The notes under the pieces are model-generated. The model was not told where the DNA came from. It made no database searches and saw only the letters and a list, made by a program, of their open reading frames with translations. Both the position numbers and the translations under genes were made by a program. Positions 50,991-64,000 of a stretch of 64,000 nucleotides of DNA are shown here, piece by piece. The DNA is from Octopus sinensis. Lineage: Eukaryota. The DNA lies in assembly GCF_006345805.1 (NCBI RefSeq), contig NC_043000.1:154566001-154630000 (forward strand), written 5' to 3'. Position 1 is the first letter of the stretch. Every line of letters starts with the position of its first letter.

Positions 50991-51703
50991 CTTGATCCCC
51001 TGGAAGTGTTATGCCTTGGGTTATCCAACCCTTACAGTGACTTTCACTTCACCTCATGCACTATTATGCCTTCTTCTTCCACTCCCCCACAGCTCCTACA
51101 GACTCCCCAGCCATGTCATACCTCTCTCTTGTCCTTCCCCTGCTCAGAAAATGCATCATTGTTACAAACCCTACCACCTTCACCCCGCCCCCACTCTTCT
51201 GCTTCTCCCATCTTTCCAGGCTCATGGTTCTTATTTCAGTCCTTCAGCCTGGTACATTTCTTTGGTAGACTATCTCCTTCCCATACAATCTTGCAAACCA
51301 CCCATGCACCCTCTTTTATTCAGTTTTGTGTCTTGTGGGGGCCACCCAGGCACCTCCTCTCTATTATCTGTCTCTTGCAGCCCCTGCTGATCGTTCTCTC
51401 TTTCCCTCTGACTTGCCCTTTCCCCTACTAGATGTGAGTAGCTTTGCAGCTCCGCCTACAGGAATCTGCTCTGTTTCCTAACACGTTTCATAGTAAACTC
51501 CTTATCTCCCAGCATGAAACTGAATCTGTCCCTGGATTTGCAGTCCTGTGAACTGCATGGTGATCACAATAGTGCAGGTGACAGGATAAAAGCAAGCATT
51601 CAGTCTATGCTGTAAAGTGTTTGGCATTCAGAAGTGCATCCAGCTGTAAAAGCTATGCCAAAGCAGACATAGGAGCTCAATGCAGTCCATGGACACATCA
51701 GTT

Positions 51704-51935
51704 TCTTATTTCTTTACTGCCCACAAGGGGCTCAAAATAGAGGGGACAAACAAGGACAGACAAACGGATAAAGTTGATTATATCGACCCCAGTGCATAAC
51801 TGGTACTTAATTTATCGACCCCGAAAGGATGAAAGGCAAAATCGACCTTGGTAGAATTTGAACTCAGAACGTAACTGCAGATGAAATACTGCTAAACATT
51901 TTGCCCGGTGAGTTAACATTTCTGCCATCTCGCCG
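51704..51935 (-). mobile_element. SINE family B monomer, diverged
   Basis: Reverse-complement match. Confidence 0.85.
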
Positions 51936-52240
51936 TTTTTTAATGTTTTTTGGCTAAACCATCCAACTCATGCCAGTATGGAACATGGATATTAAATGAT
52001 GATGATGATGATGATGTGTTTGTGTATGTGTGTGCATGAATGTGTGAGTGTGAGTGTGTGATTCTGTGTGTGTGTGTGTGTGTGTGTGTATGAGATTGTA
52101 TGTGTGTGTAGGTGTGTGTATGAGAGAGAACATGTATGTGTTTTTGTGTCTTTCCATCTGCTGCTTGACAATCAGTGATGGTTTGTTTATGTCCCTGCAA
52201 CTTAGCAGTTCAGCAAAAGAGTCCAAAAGAATAAGTCGCT

Positions 52241-52653
52241 CTTTACTATTTTACTTTTTTACTTGTTTCAGTCATTTGACTGTGGCTATACTGGAGCACC
52301 ACCTTTAGTTGAGCTAATTGACCCCAGGACTTATTCTTTGTAAGCCTAGTACTTATTCTATCCGTTTCTTTTGCCGAACTGCTAAGTTACGGGGATGTAA
52401 ACACACCAGCATCAGTTGTCAAGTGATGTTCGGGGAACAAACACAGACACACAAACTTAAACACACACATACATATATACATACATATACACGACGAGCT
52501 TCTTTCAGTTTCCGTCTACCAAATCCACTCACAAGGCTTTGGTTGGCCCGAGGCTATAGAAGAAGACACTTGCCCAAGGTGTTGTGCAGTGGGACTGAAC
52601 TCGGAACCATGGGATTTTCAAGGAAGCTACTTACCACACAGCCACTCCTGTGC
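52241..52653 (-). mobile_element. SINE family A, diverged and CpG-decayed
   Basis: Full-length match. Confidence 0.88.
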
Positions 52654-52735
52654 CTATTTGTAGTTTAGCAGACATTTTTTTTTTTAAAAAGAACGTTCTG
52701 GTGTTGATTTGTTCAACATCAGTACGTATTACATA

Positions 52736-52897
52736 GGCGCAGGAGTGGCTGTGTGGTAAGTAGCTTGCTAACCAACCACATGGTTCCGGGTTCAGTCCCA
52801 CTGCGTGGCATCTTGGGCAAGTGTCTTCTGCTATAGCCCCGGGCCGACCAATGCCTTGTGAGTGGATTTGGTAGACGGAAACTGAAAGAAGCCTGTC

Positions 52898-52941
<44 letters not shown>

Positions 52942-53152
52942 GTGTGTGTTTGTCCCCCTAGCATTGCTTGACAACCGATGCTGGTGTGTTTACATCCCCG
53001 TAACTTAGCGGTTCGGCAAAAGAGACCGATAGAATAAGTACTGGGCTTACAATGAATAAGTCCCGGGGTCGATTTGCTCGACTAAAGGCGGTGCTCCAGC
53101 ATGGCCGCAGTCAAATGACTGAAACAAGTAAAAGAGTAAAAGAGTAAAGAGT
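52736..53152 (+). mobile_element. SINE family A, young copy (head-to-head with the previous copy)
   Basis: Near-consensus with CpGs largely intact. Confidence 0.9.
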
Positions 53153-53269
53153 TACTGGGGCATTGCCTTGAAATCTTTCAAGGTGGTGCCCCAGCATGGT
53201 TGCACTCCAATGACTGAAACAAGTCAATAAATAAATAAACAAACAAACAAACAAATATATAAATAGTGG

Positions 53270-53680
53270 AATTTGTAGCTGTGATACCAGTGCCGGTGGC
53301 ACATAAGAGAACAATCCGAATGTGGCCGTAGCCAGCGCCGTCCTGACTGGCTTCCGTGCTGGTGGCATGTAAAAAGCACCATCCGACCGTGGCCGTTGCC
53401 AGCTTCGGCTGGTCTCCGTGCCGGTGGCACGTAAAAAGCACCATCCGATCGTGGCCGTCTGCCAGCCTCGTCTGGCACCTGTGCCGGTGGCACATAAAAA
53501 GCACCCACTACAATCACGGAGTGGTTGGCGTTAGGAAGGGCATCCAGCTGTAGAAACACTGCCAGATCAGACTGGGCCTGGTGCAGCCTTCTGGCTTCCC
53601 AGACACCAGTCGAACCGTCCAACCCATGCTAACATGGAAAGCGGATGTTAAACGATGATGATGATGATGATGATGATGAT
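53270..53680 (+). mobile_element. RTE-tail element (family D) with tandem about 60-bp units
   Basis: Same structure as 31790-32162. Confidence 0.8.
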
Positions 53681-54286
53681 GAAATAAGAAGACCACAAGT
53701 ATGTAGCTTACGTGCTTATTTGGAGTGCTTACAGACACAGGTACATAAATATAAAGTGTAGCTGAAACTGTCAAAAAATGGCTAACAATGGAAACGTTCC
53801 ATAACAAACGTTAATTATTTATTTAAAAATTTTTTTACTGGTTTCAGTTATTGGACTATGGCCATGCTTGGGCACTACCTGAATTCTAGAGTATAGTCAA
53901 TCAAGTTCCAGTACTTATTTTTGTGATCTTAGAGGTGTGAAAGGCAAAGTGTATCTGGTAGAGATTTGGATTCTTAATATAAAATGGATGTTACTAAATA
54001 CCTCTAGGTATTTTCTTTTTCACCAATGCTCTATTTCTTCTGATGATCAGGCATAAATGAACTGATGAAGGAGCTTCTATGTGATTGCTTGGTTTTACTA
54101 GAAATAACAGCCAAATCTCTGAAATTACATCCTGCTATCTGTAAGAAAATAAGGACATGTACTGAGTTTCCTGCATGTAGGAAAAAAAAAAATCACAGAT
54201 GGTTACCTTTGATTGAATGTCTGCCCTATTGATGCTAATCATCATCAACAACATCAACAATAACAACAACAACAACAACAACAGAA

Positions 54287-54318
<32 letters not shown>

Positions 54319-56734
54319 AGCAACAACAACAACTGTGTGTAATATTGATGCAAAAAGAAAACAAGTCAATTTTCTTGGAAAGAATTAGTGAATTTTATTT
54401 AGAAACCAGTGCGTCTATATCATTTGAGAAGCAATAGAAACATAAAACTGGGGATTTTTGAAGAGGAAACTAATTTATAAATTGTGGTTAGGTTTAGAGT
54501 TGTCAACAATATAATAATAGTAAAAACAAACAAACAAACAAACAAACAAGGGTTTGCAAGAATGCATAGGGTGAGGATTTGGGGAACAATGGCATGGTCA
54601 ACTTGAGTTAAATCAGGTTAGGCTGGATCTGCACAAAGATGCATGAGTGGGAATTTAAAAAAACAAATCAAAACAAAAACAAAATATAACAAAAAACAAA
54701 CAAACATTAGACAGACAAACAGACAGACAAACAAGTGAACAGATTGATAGGAAGAATTTGAAATGGATAGAGAGGGATTAAGGGGCAGGAAGGGAGAGGG
54801 GTAAGGTTGTTAGGTTAGTGAAGTTTTTGAGATGGTGATGAGAGCAATGTTGATGACAAGCCTGAGAAGTTAAGCAGCAGTAGCAGTGAAAGATAAATAT
54901 GAAAGAAGTTTGGAAGGGTCCCCCCTGGAAAAGAAAAAAAGCTGATGGGATGGGAGTCTTAAAGAATTATAATTTACCTGTCAATTCCAGAGACAAGTAG
55001 TGGTGGAGGTGGTGGTAGATTGTAAAGGTTTGGAGGTCCAGTTTTTGAATTTCAATGGTAGTAAAACAATTTTTAAAAAATACAGAATTGCTTAAAGAAC
55101 TTGAAAGTTTCCAGAAGAAAATCTCCAAGAATCCAAGAAAAATATAAGGAAAAAAACAAAACTGAAATTGTAGAATTTTTTTACTGAATATTATTTTAAA
55201 AAAATTTGACAGATAATTTCAAATAATGATAACAAGAATAATGATGTTGATAACAGTAATAATGATGGTATTTCATTGACAACTATACAATTTCAAAAAT
55301 ATTCTTCTGATGATACAGAATTGTTTATAGAACTTGGAGTTGCCAGGAAAATTTTTTTCCGTGAATCCAAGTTTAGTAAAAAAAAAAAACAATTAAAAGA
55401 AAAAAGAGAAAAACTTAACTGTAGGATGTTTTTAATTGAATAATATATTAAAAAAAATTTTGACAGAATTTCAAACAGTTATAACAATAATGATATTTAT
55501 GGGGGAAATTGTGATGATTTTATAGAATTCTTTGTATGAATGAATATGTTTAAATTTCTAGCTATGTTAAGTGATTTGGGAGGTTGTGAAACTCTAGGAA
55601 TATGAGCAGTGGATGGATAGATGGGTGGGTGATAGAGGAAAAAAAAAAAGGGCTGGTGAAGAAGGAGTGTTTGTTTCCAACAAGTAGCTGAAATGACTTG
55701 CAAGGGAGTCTTTTAGCTATTGCAATCTTCCAGTTGACAAAGATTGTCAGTGGCATTCACACCCATAAAGAAGTAGAAGTGGAAGATTGTAGATGGAAAT
55801 GGTGAAAAGAAGTTGAAAGAATAAGTGAGAGTAAGGGAGCAATGAGGAGAGGATGAGTGAGAGGGAGAGAAATAGAGAATAAGGGGAAAGAGACAGAGGG
55901 AAGTCAGGAGGGTGGGAAGGGAAAGTAGAAGAAAGGAAGGAAGGAAGGATGTGCAGTGGTGCAGCAGAGGGGAGCAAGGAGGTGGTGGTGGTAGTAGGGG
56001 ATCTGTAAGGTAACAACCACAAGGCATAGCAGGCGGAAGGTTGGGGATGGGGGAAGAAAAATAAAAAAAACAAGCTTTTCAAACATAAAATATATATATT
56101 ATATAATATATATATATGTATACACACACACATGCACACTCACACACACACACACAGATATATATATATATACATACACAAATGTATGTATATATATATA
56201 TGAACAAACAAATAGACAAACAAATCAACCGGATTTATCTTTTTAATGATTCGGTAATTATCTGAAATTAGATTTTCGGATTTGGGTTTTATGGGTTAGG
56301 CAGCCATCTTTAGATTGGAGGATGGGGTGGGGGTCAGATAGTTGAGGATTTTGGATTGTCCTTACCAGAGTAATTAGTTGTATGTGAGACTCAATTGCTT
56401 GTTTTAGTGGGGTTTTTTTTTTCTCTAGATAAAAAAGAAAAACAAATGGTAGGTAAGTAGGTTTCTGATGGAAACCCATGTCAAAATGTACAGGAATTTG
56501 TGTGTATGTGTGTGGCGGGCAAAAGAAAAAACAAAAACAAAACAAAAAAAATTTGTAAATATAAACAATATTATAAACAATATTCAATATATCGTTTAAT
56601 GATGCATGGAGAGTTTGTAAATTTATATTTAATAAACTCTATCACTGGCCCTCAACCTATCTGGTTGGCCTCTGTACATCCCTCTAAATAACATTTGCCA
56701 GGATAGGAAAATAATAATGATAGTGGTAATAATG

Positions 56735-56793
<59 letters not shown>

Positions 56794-57958
56794 AACAAAA
56801 AAAATTGTTTTTACATATCAAAATTTAGTTGCTATTTGCATACAATCTCAATATTTTCTCTAATTTGTTATGGCTTACAGAGGTAAGGCTAAAGATATTT
56901 TATATATCTCAATAAATATTTAGCTTAGATGTCAGCTATATTTATCTTTATTTTCTTTCGTAATATTTTTTTTGATGGTGATGGAAAATAAATTATAATA
57001 CATCAAAGTAGCATTGCCATAGGACTTTTGTACTGCCTATATGTCAATCAATAAAAATATATATATATATATATTGATATAATTATTATCATTATCAATA
57101 TAATTATTTAAAATTTTATTCTTGTTCTTATTATTATTAATATTATTATCAATATCATTAATATTATCATTATGAATATTTTTCTGTAAATTTATTTTTC
57201 TCTTGAGGAGATTGAGGATTTTTACTGTAATATGAACATACCTGGAATGGTTATGATTTCCAAAAAAAGTCTTGACCCATAGGCAGTATCAAAGGAGAAT
57301 TCTTTATTATATATTTTAAAATCTTTGCAACGAAAATATTTTTTTAAACAATGATTATCATAACATTTAATATTTTTTTAATTAATTTTTTGATATTTTC
57401 ATTTTTATTTTCTTTTGTACCTAACAACACCAAATATTTGTTTGAAACATAAAAGACTAGGTCTTACTATTTATTTATTTATTTATTTATTTTGCCTTTG
57501 TTCCATTTTTTTGTCAATGTATATTAAAAAGGTGGGGAACCATAAGTAGAATGGCTGTAGTGGTAGTTGCTGGTATCAACAGAATATGAATCACGGACGG
57601 ACGTGTATATATATTTTCTTTTTGTTGGTACCATCATTAATTGCAAGTATTATTGTTTTGTTTACTTATTTAATTTAATATAATTTTTTATATATTTATA
57701 TATATTTATTTCTTTATTTATATTTATTTATCTATTTACTTTCGTTACTAGGACTTAAGGTTGACTTACTATGACTGCTATAGCTTGACAACACGGACGT
57801 CCAGGTCATGTTAAATGCCTTCACGTTTGAAAGAATTTCATTGTCTCCCACAAGTTGCAGATGCATCCAGCTATGAGTAGTGGACAGGTACACACAACCA
57901 CATACTCAAAGTTCTGTGCAAGCACACACACACATGCACTCACACAAAAACACAGACA

Positions 57959-57995
<37 letters not shown>

Positions 57996-58139
57996 ACACA
58001 CTATATAAGGCATTTATATAAGTGAAACAGATGACTTCTCTACTGGACCCTTTGCAACAAATAAACAGTTCCACACTAATCAACATGTGCTGAGTACTTA
58101 CTTTAACTATGGTCTTCCCAGATCCATATTGGATACATT

Positions 58140-58191
<52 letters not shown>

Positions 58192-58353
58192 AAATGTAGC
58201 ACAGTGGGCAATGAAAAACCATACCGAAAGCAGGAAATATATGGTATGGACATATGCATCCCTCATCAGTTATTGACCAAAAATCATCACAATTTTGATA
58301 CCTTATGATGAAGAAAAGACAGATTTACAAGTTTACTTTATTGAACATAATGA

Positions 58354-58409
<56 letters not shown>

Positions 58410-58614
58410 ATAAACTGCAGTATGTATTCAATTAAGTAAGCTTGTAAATCCTTCTTTTCTTCATCTTTTTCTTGTATGATAAAGGACAAGTCAATCACTT
58501 TGTGAAAATAACAAAGCAAATAAATATTTTTAAAAAATTGTAATTTATAACAGAATATTATCCACAGCCAGCCATCAAATAAAACCAATTAATCTTTACA
58601 TCTGTCTGCCAATT

Positions 58615-58679
<65 letters not shown>

Positions 58680-60248
58680 AGTAACAATGATTATTTATTA
58701 CAAATCTGAATATACACAAAATCAGATATGCAATGAAATTTGTATGTATGTATATACATATATATATAAACATACAAACACATACACCCATATACACATT
58801 ACATACACACACACATCCATCCATCCATACATACATGCACACAAACATACATGCATATAAACATATCTTTGCATAAGCATGTGCATGTGAATGCACCAGA
58901 GAGGAAGTGAGTGAGTGTATCTGTCCAAGGATTTTTTCATGTGTCAGTGTGTATATGTGAAAGTTTCATTTTATTCAAGTGTGTGTATAAATGTTTATCA
59001 TATCATATTAACTAGTAGGAACCCTCCACCATTGCTAGGTATGGTGGACCTTACGTGGGATGCTTTGTAATCAAACTAGTGGGAAAAATGCAATTCATTT
59101 CATTTCCAATAGAGCCATGTTGTACCGGATATATATGTATATTATATATATATATACACATACATAATATATACAATTGAATTTTATATTTGTAGGTATA
59201 TATATATATATTATATTATAATATATATATATTATATATGTATGTATATTATATATATGTATATATATATATGTATAATATCTGCGTGTATAATTACAGA
59301 ACATTTTAATTTTTCAAGGTTTAACTAATTTTCCTTTTTATCAAAACTATGTATAGAGAATATCTTCATGGAATATACGTATATCCTGGGCATAAACAGA
59401 CTAAGGAAGATACCCTAATTATTATTACATAATATTTGAACATTATCATTAACAGAATGGCTATCTTTATTGTCATGTAGATTATTATTCTATTAATATT
59501 ATTGGTATTATTAATATTATTTTTTGTAATAGTAGTAGTAGTAGTACTTGTAGTTGTAATAGTATTTTTAAAATGATATCTTCTGTTTTTTTTTTTTTTT
59601 GATTTTATAATTTCTTTCTTACAAAAAGCAGGTTGGCATTATTTGCATCACTTACATCGAATGATGCAAAAAATATAGATCACATACACATGGGGTATGT
59701 GGTAGTCGTAATAGTATTATAGGAGCAGCAATTGGGTGAGGAAGAGGAGAAGGAAGAGGAGAAGGAGGAGGAGGAGGAAATGAGTAAATAAATAGATGAA
59801 AAAGTTACATCTGAAGACCCCGAAAAAGAAAAAAAAAATATATAAATATATTGACATAAAAAAAAGTCAGGAAAAAAAAATGACAATATTCCAAATTGTT
59901 CCAAATGTTTTTTTCAGTTTTCTTCATTCTTGTTGTTGTAAATTATGTTGTTGATGTTGCCATGGAGTTGATGAAGATCATGTTGATGATGATGATGATG
60001 ATGATGATAATAATGATAATGATGGTGATGATGATAATACAGTTGATACTGAGGATACTGGTGGCACTTAGCAAAATATCAGTGTTGCCTTGTGCCAGTG
60101 CAAGAATTTATCATTATTGTTGTTGTTGTTGTTGTTGTTGTTATTATTACAATAATTATTAATATTATTGTTATTATTATTATTTGCTGTCTTAAAGGGA
60201 AATAAAAATAAAAAAGATTCACCCTTGTGGCAAAAAGAGTCATATGAA

Positions 60249-60304
<56 letters not shown>

Positions 60305-60546
60305 CATTAAATGTTGTTGTTCTTGTTATTGCAGTTTCTATGATTTTACTGTGTTGCCAGTGGCAACAGGTATTCCATTTCCCCGGAAATGACCGCTTTG
60401 ATCTGAGTTCTCCTCCTGACTGATAATCATTTTCTTATATATTTTGACCCTGTCATCTGACACACCCAGCCACAAACAAACAAGCAAGCAAACCAGCTTG
60501 TAAAATCTCATGGAGACAGTTGTTAAGATTGTCTGTTGTTGCTGCT

Positions 60547-60577
<31 letters not shown>

Positions 60578-60699
60578 CTGTTGCTATTGTTGTTGTTGCT
60601 ATTGTTGTTGTTGATGATGATGATAACAATGTTTAAATTGCTAAAAAGTTTTCACCTCTCACTTTTTAACCTTTTCTTTCTGTCATTATCTCTCTCACT

Positions 60700-60761
60700 T
60701 TCTTTCTTTCCTTCTTTCTTTCTTTCTTCCTTCCTTTCTTTCTTTCTTTCTTTCTTTCTTC

Positions 60762-60794
<33 letters not shown>

Positions 60795-60808
60795 TTTCTT
60801 TCTTTCTC
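60700..60808. repeat. (TTTC)n array
   Basis: Direct reading. Confidence 0.97.
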
Positions 60809-60953
60809 CGTATGTATTACAGTGAGTGGACCATGCCATAAGAGGTACACCCGATTCTTTACTTCTTATAATCTTTAATATCCCTATGTAAAAATGCATA
60901 CATGTAAATCCATTTGTGTGTATATGAGGTATATATAACTTTATGTCTAACAC

Positions 60954-60988
<35 letters not shown>

Positions 60989-62185
60989 TTGTGTGTGTGT
61001 GTGTTCATATATATTTGTGTCTATATGTATATATGTACATGTCCATTAGTGTGTGTATGCATTAAGGTATATGTGCTTTATGTTTAAAACATAATTTGTA
61101 CATGTGTGTGTATATAGTTAGATATGTTCTTATAGCTATGTTTTGGTGTTTGCTTTATATATATATGCATGTGTTTCTAATTGAATATGTTTTTTTTCAC
61201 TAGAAGATCTCATAACAGTAAGTGATATTTAAATACCTAAAGCTATCTCCAGTGATAATGATAATGGTGATAACTAAGCCAAAGACAAACAAAGGAATAA
61301 TTTCAAAATGGACACTTGGAGGATGTAGAAGAGCTAGGAAAGGGTCACCAGAGATGGTGGAACTTGTCAGCTCTATGCACGATGATGTCTCTGGGACCCC
61401 AGCCTTGTCAAGCAAGAGCATGAAACAAGTGAGCAACATTTGGAGGGTAAAGCCCCTTTCAGATTAACCTTGAATCTTGCATATAAGATAGAGATCCAGT
61501 AAATAAGTCCTACCCAGTGTAGTTGTCTTCCCCAACAAATGATGTTATGACATAACAGTTGGTGTGGTCTTAATCTGATTGCTTTCATTTAATGCCTATG
61601 AGTCTAATATGCAAGCATTTCTTATTCTTGTTCTCTAAACAAAATGAGACATTTTCTTGAAGGGAGTTTGTTAAGTGAAGGTCAACTTTTCTTTCTTTCT
61701 TTAGAGTTTTTGTCGGCTTACCCACCAGTTTTTCCTGGCATCCTGAGAACCATAAAAAGAAATCATTCACATAAGTACTGTAAAAATATATATTACTTCC
61801 ATACATGGGCATGAAATTCGAGATTTCTAAAGATCAAAAGAAAATAGGAAGTTGTGAGGCTCACACCATTCTGTCTTTTCCATGGATATTAGCAATGCAA
61901 TCAGAGTATAACTGCTACAACTGGCAACTGAAGTAGTTTAGTAGATTTGGCTTGCCATATCAGTATTCTTTTTGATTTTATAACCTTTCAAGATTTTATA
62001 GACAGAAACCTGTTCTGAAGATGGCTCTGTTACATACAAAAATGATTATAATAATATATATATATATATATCTATATTATATATATTATATATATATATA
62101 TACATATATATATACATATATATATATATACATATATACATATATTTACATATATATACATATACATATATATATATACATACTC

Positions 62186-62443
62186 TGTGTCTAGGGAGAG
62201 TCATTTTCTTTTTGTGCCTTATAATTTAACACACTCACTGGTAAAATTCCACATTATTTCTTATTTTTATTTTCCTAAAATTTTCGTTGCATCTTGCAAC
62301 CTTTTCAAGAGTCAAAACTATTGAAAAAGTTTCAAGAAGCAACAAAAATTTTAGGAAAATAAAAATAAGAAATAAGTGGAAATTTTATGAGTGAGTGACT
62401 TAAATTATAAGGCACAAAAAGAAAATGACTCTCCCCAGACACA
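62186..62443. repeat. About 260-bp imperfect foldback, possibly PLE pseudo-LTR derived
   Basis: tgtgtctagggagagtcattttc... mirrored by ...gaaaatgactctccccagacaca; centre about 62314. Confidence 0.8.
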
Positions 62444-62508
62444 ACAGAATATATGCTTCAACACACGACTCACATAAAGAATCTTGCAAACCAAATCCCA
62501 AAACGTAA

Positions 62509-62571
<63 letters not shown>

Positions 62572-62680
62572 TAAATGTATACACACATATTTACAAATGT
62601 GTATATATATGTATATATATATACACATGCACACACATATATCATATACATGTATATATGTATACATATATATATGTGTG

Positions 62681-62727
<47 letters not shown>

Positions 62728-64000
62728 GACAGGTAGACCCTGAAGAAATTGCACCGGTATTATAGTAGGGTTGCAATTGCAATGGTTACTAATCAATGCA
62801 TAGAAACATGTGTAGGTCTATTTGAGGCTATATATATATATAAAGGAATTAAGGGTACTATACAACTTTGTAATAATTATAATAATAATAATTATATATA
62901 TATATATATAATAATATATAGATATATTATTATATATATATATAGTATATATATATATATGTATGTATGTATAGATATGCATCATATATGCATACATATA
63001 ATGTATATACACACACGCACACATATATCTATGTACATATATGTATGTATATATATTTACCTGTATATATGTAAAAGAGGATCTCTACCAAATCAATGGT
63101 AGAAAATTTAGTAGTCATATTGTAATACTAAAATGTAATTTGTTTGCTGCTTACCCACTCTTTGATAATGCATGTCAACACCCGTGTTCCCTACCCCAAG
63201 ATATATTATCCAAAGTGTAGGTTATAAAGCATTATACAAGTGTTAATTATATTGGATATTTCAAAGGGTGAAAGAATGAAACCAAACAATGTTTTCACAA
63301 ATGATGCAATCTCTTAATGTCTCTTAAAAATGGCATATCAACGTTGGAAGGAAAACAACACGCTTGGCAAATAACTATTATTGTTGCTTACCAAAGGGGA
63401 AAGCATTCCCCAAACAATATATGAAGAGCCTTAGTGGTATAACTGCAAGACAATACCCACAACCAGGAACAGTAGCAACAGCAACAGTATCTATTATGAT
63501 AATGATGAGGTGTGTAACAAAAATGGTAGCTACTATCATCAATAATAACCACAGATTGCTATATATGTGTGTGGTAGTTGACTATAGAAAAAAATCATAG
63601 TATGTCGGGGGCTGACCTTAATCTAAGTTTTTGATACCAACCCACCTGAAATGTAGAGACATGTGGCTTTGGTTGTTAAACTCATGATTTTAAGATTGTG
63701 GTTTCAATTCCTGGACTGGGTGATACATATTCTTGAGCAAAACACTTCATTTCACATTGCTCCAGTTCACTCACCTAACAAGAATTTATATGCCATGGAA
63801 AGTGGGAAACCGGCCCTTATTAGTCAGCATGACTTGAGAAGGTAACTTTTTTTTAACCCACCTGAAACAACCTCTGATTCTAAGATACAAAACTGTCTAC
63901 TTTAAAATGATCATACATAGATTAATAGCTTTCATAATTATTTTATTTATCTAGTAGATCAACAGCAGTAGTTTGCAGTAAGAATAACTATTAAATTCTT

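Noticed and set aside
61200-61467. Overlapping 79-81 aa ORFs on both strands
   Set aside because: No recognisable motif or convincing splice boundaries; cannot be supported as coding

Overview
AT-rich, microsatellite-laden animal genomic DNA with no identifiable host gene. The SINE families and repeat landscape look like an octopus genome (inference from recognition, not a database search). Most of the window is repeats: about 20 copies of a CORE-like tRNA SINE, about 10 copies of a second tRNA SINE that often occurs as internal multimers, other tRNA SINEs, two mariner relics, two non-autonomous Helitrons, Ty3/gypsy, CR1 and RTE fragments, MITE-like foldbacks and long simple repeats. The most notable content is a Penelope-like element (PLE) / hammerhead ribozyme (HHR) set. 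It includes a near-intact RT + GIY-YIG PLE (18.5-20.7 kb, one frameshift) with a variant minimal HHR in its 3' region, three decayed PLE fragments (two with HHR relics), HHR-bearing foldbacks (45 kb; weaker at 62 kb), and a head-to-head pair of a tRNA-headed SINE-like element carrying a PLE-type HHR (14.6-15.1 kb). By eye, TEs left of about 29 kb keep their CpGs while older TEs to the right are CpG-decayed, suggesting a methylation-domain boundary. All alignments and folds were done by eye; coordinates may be off by a few bases.
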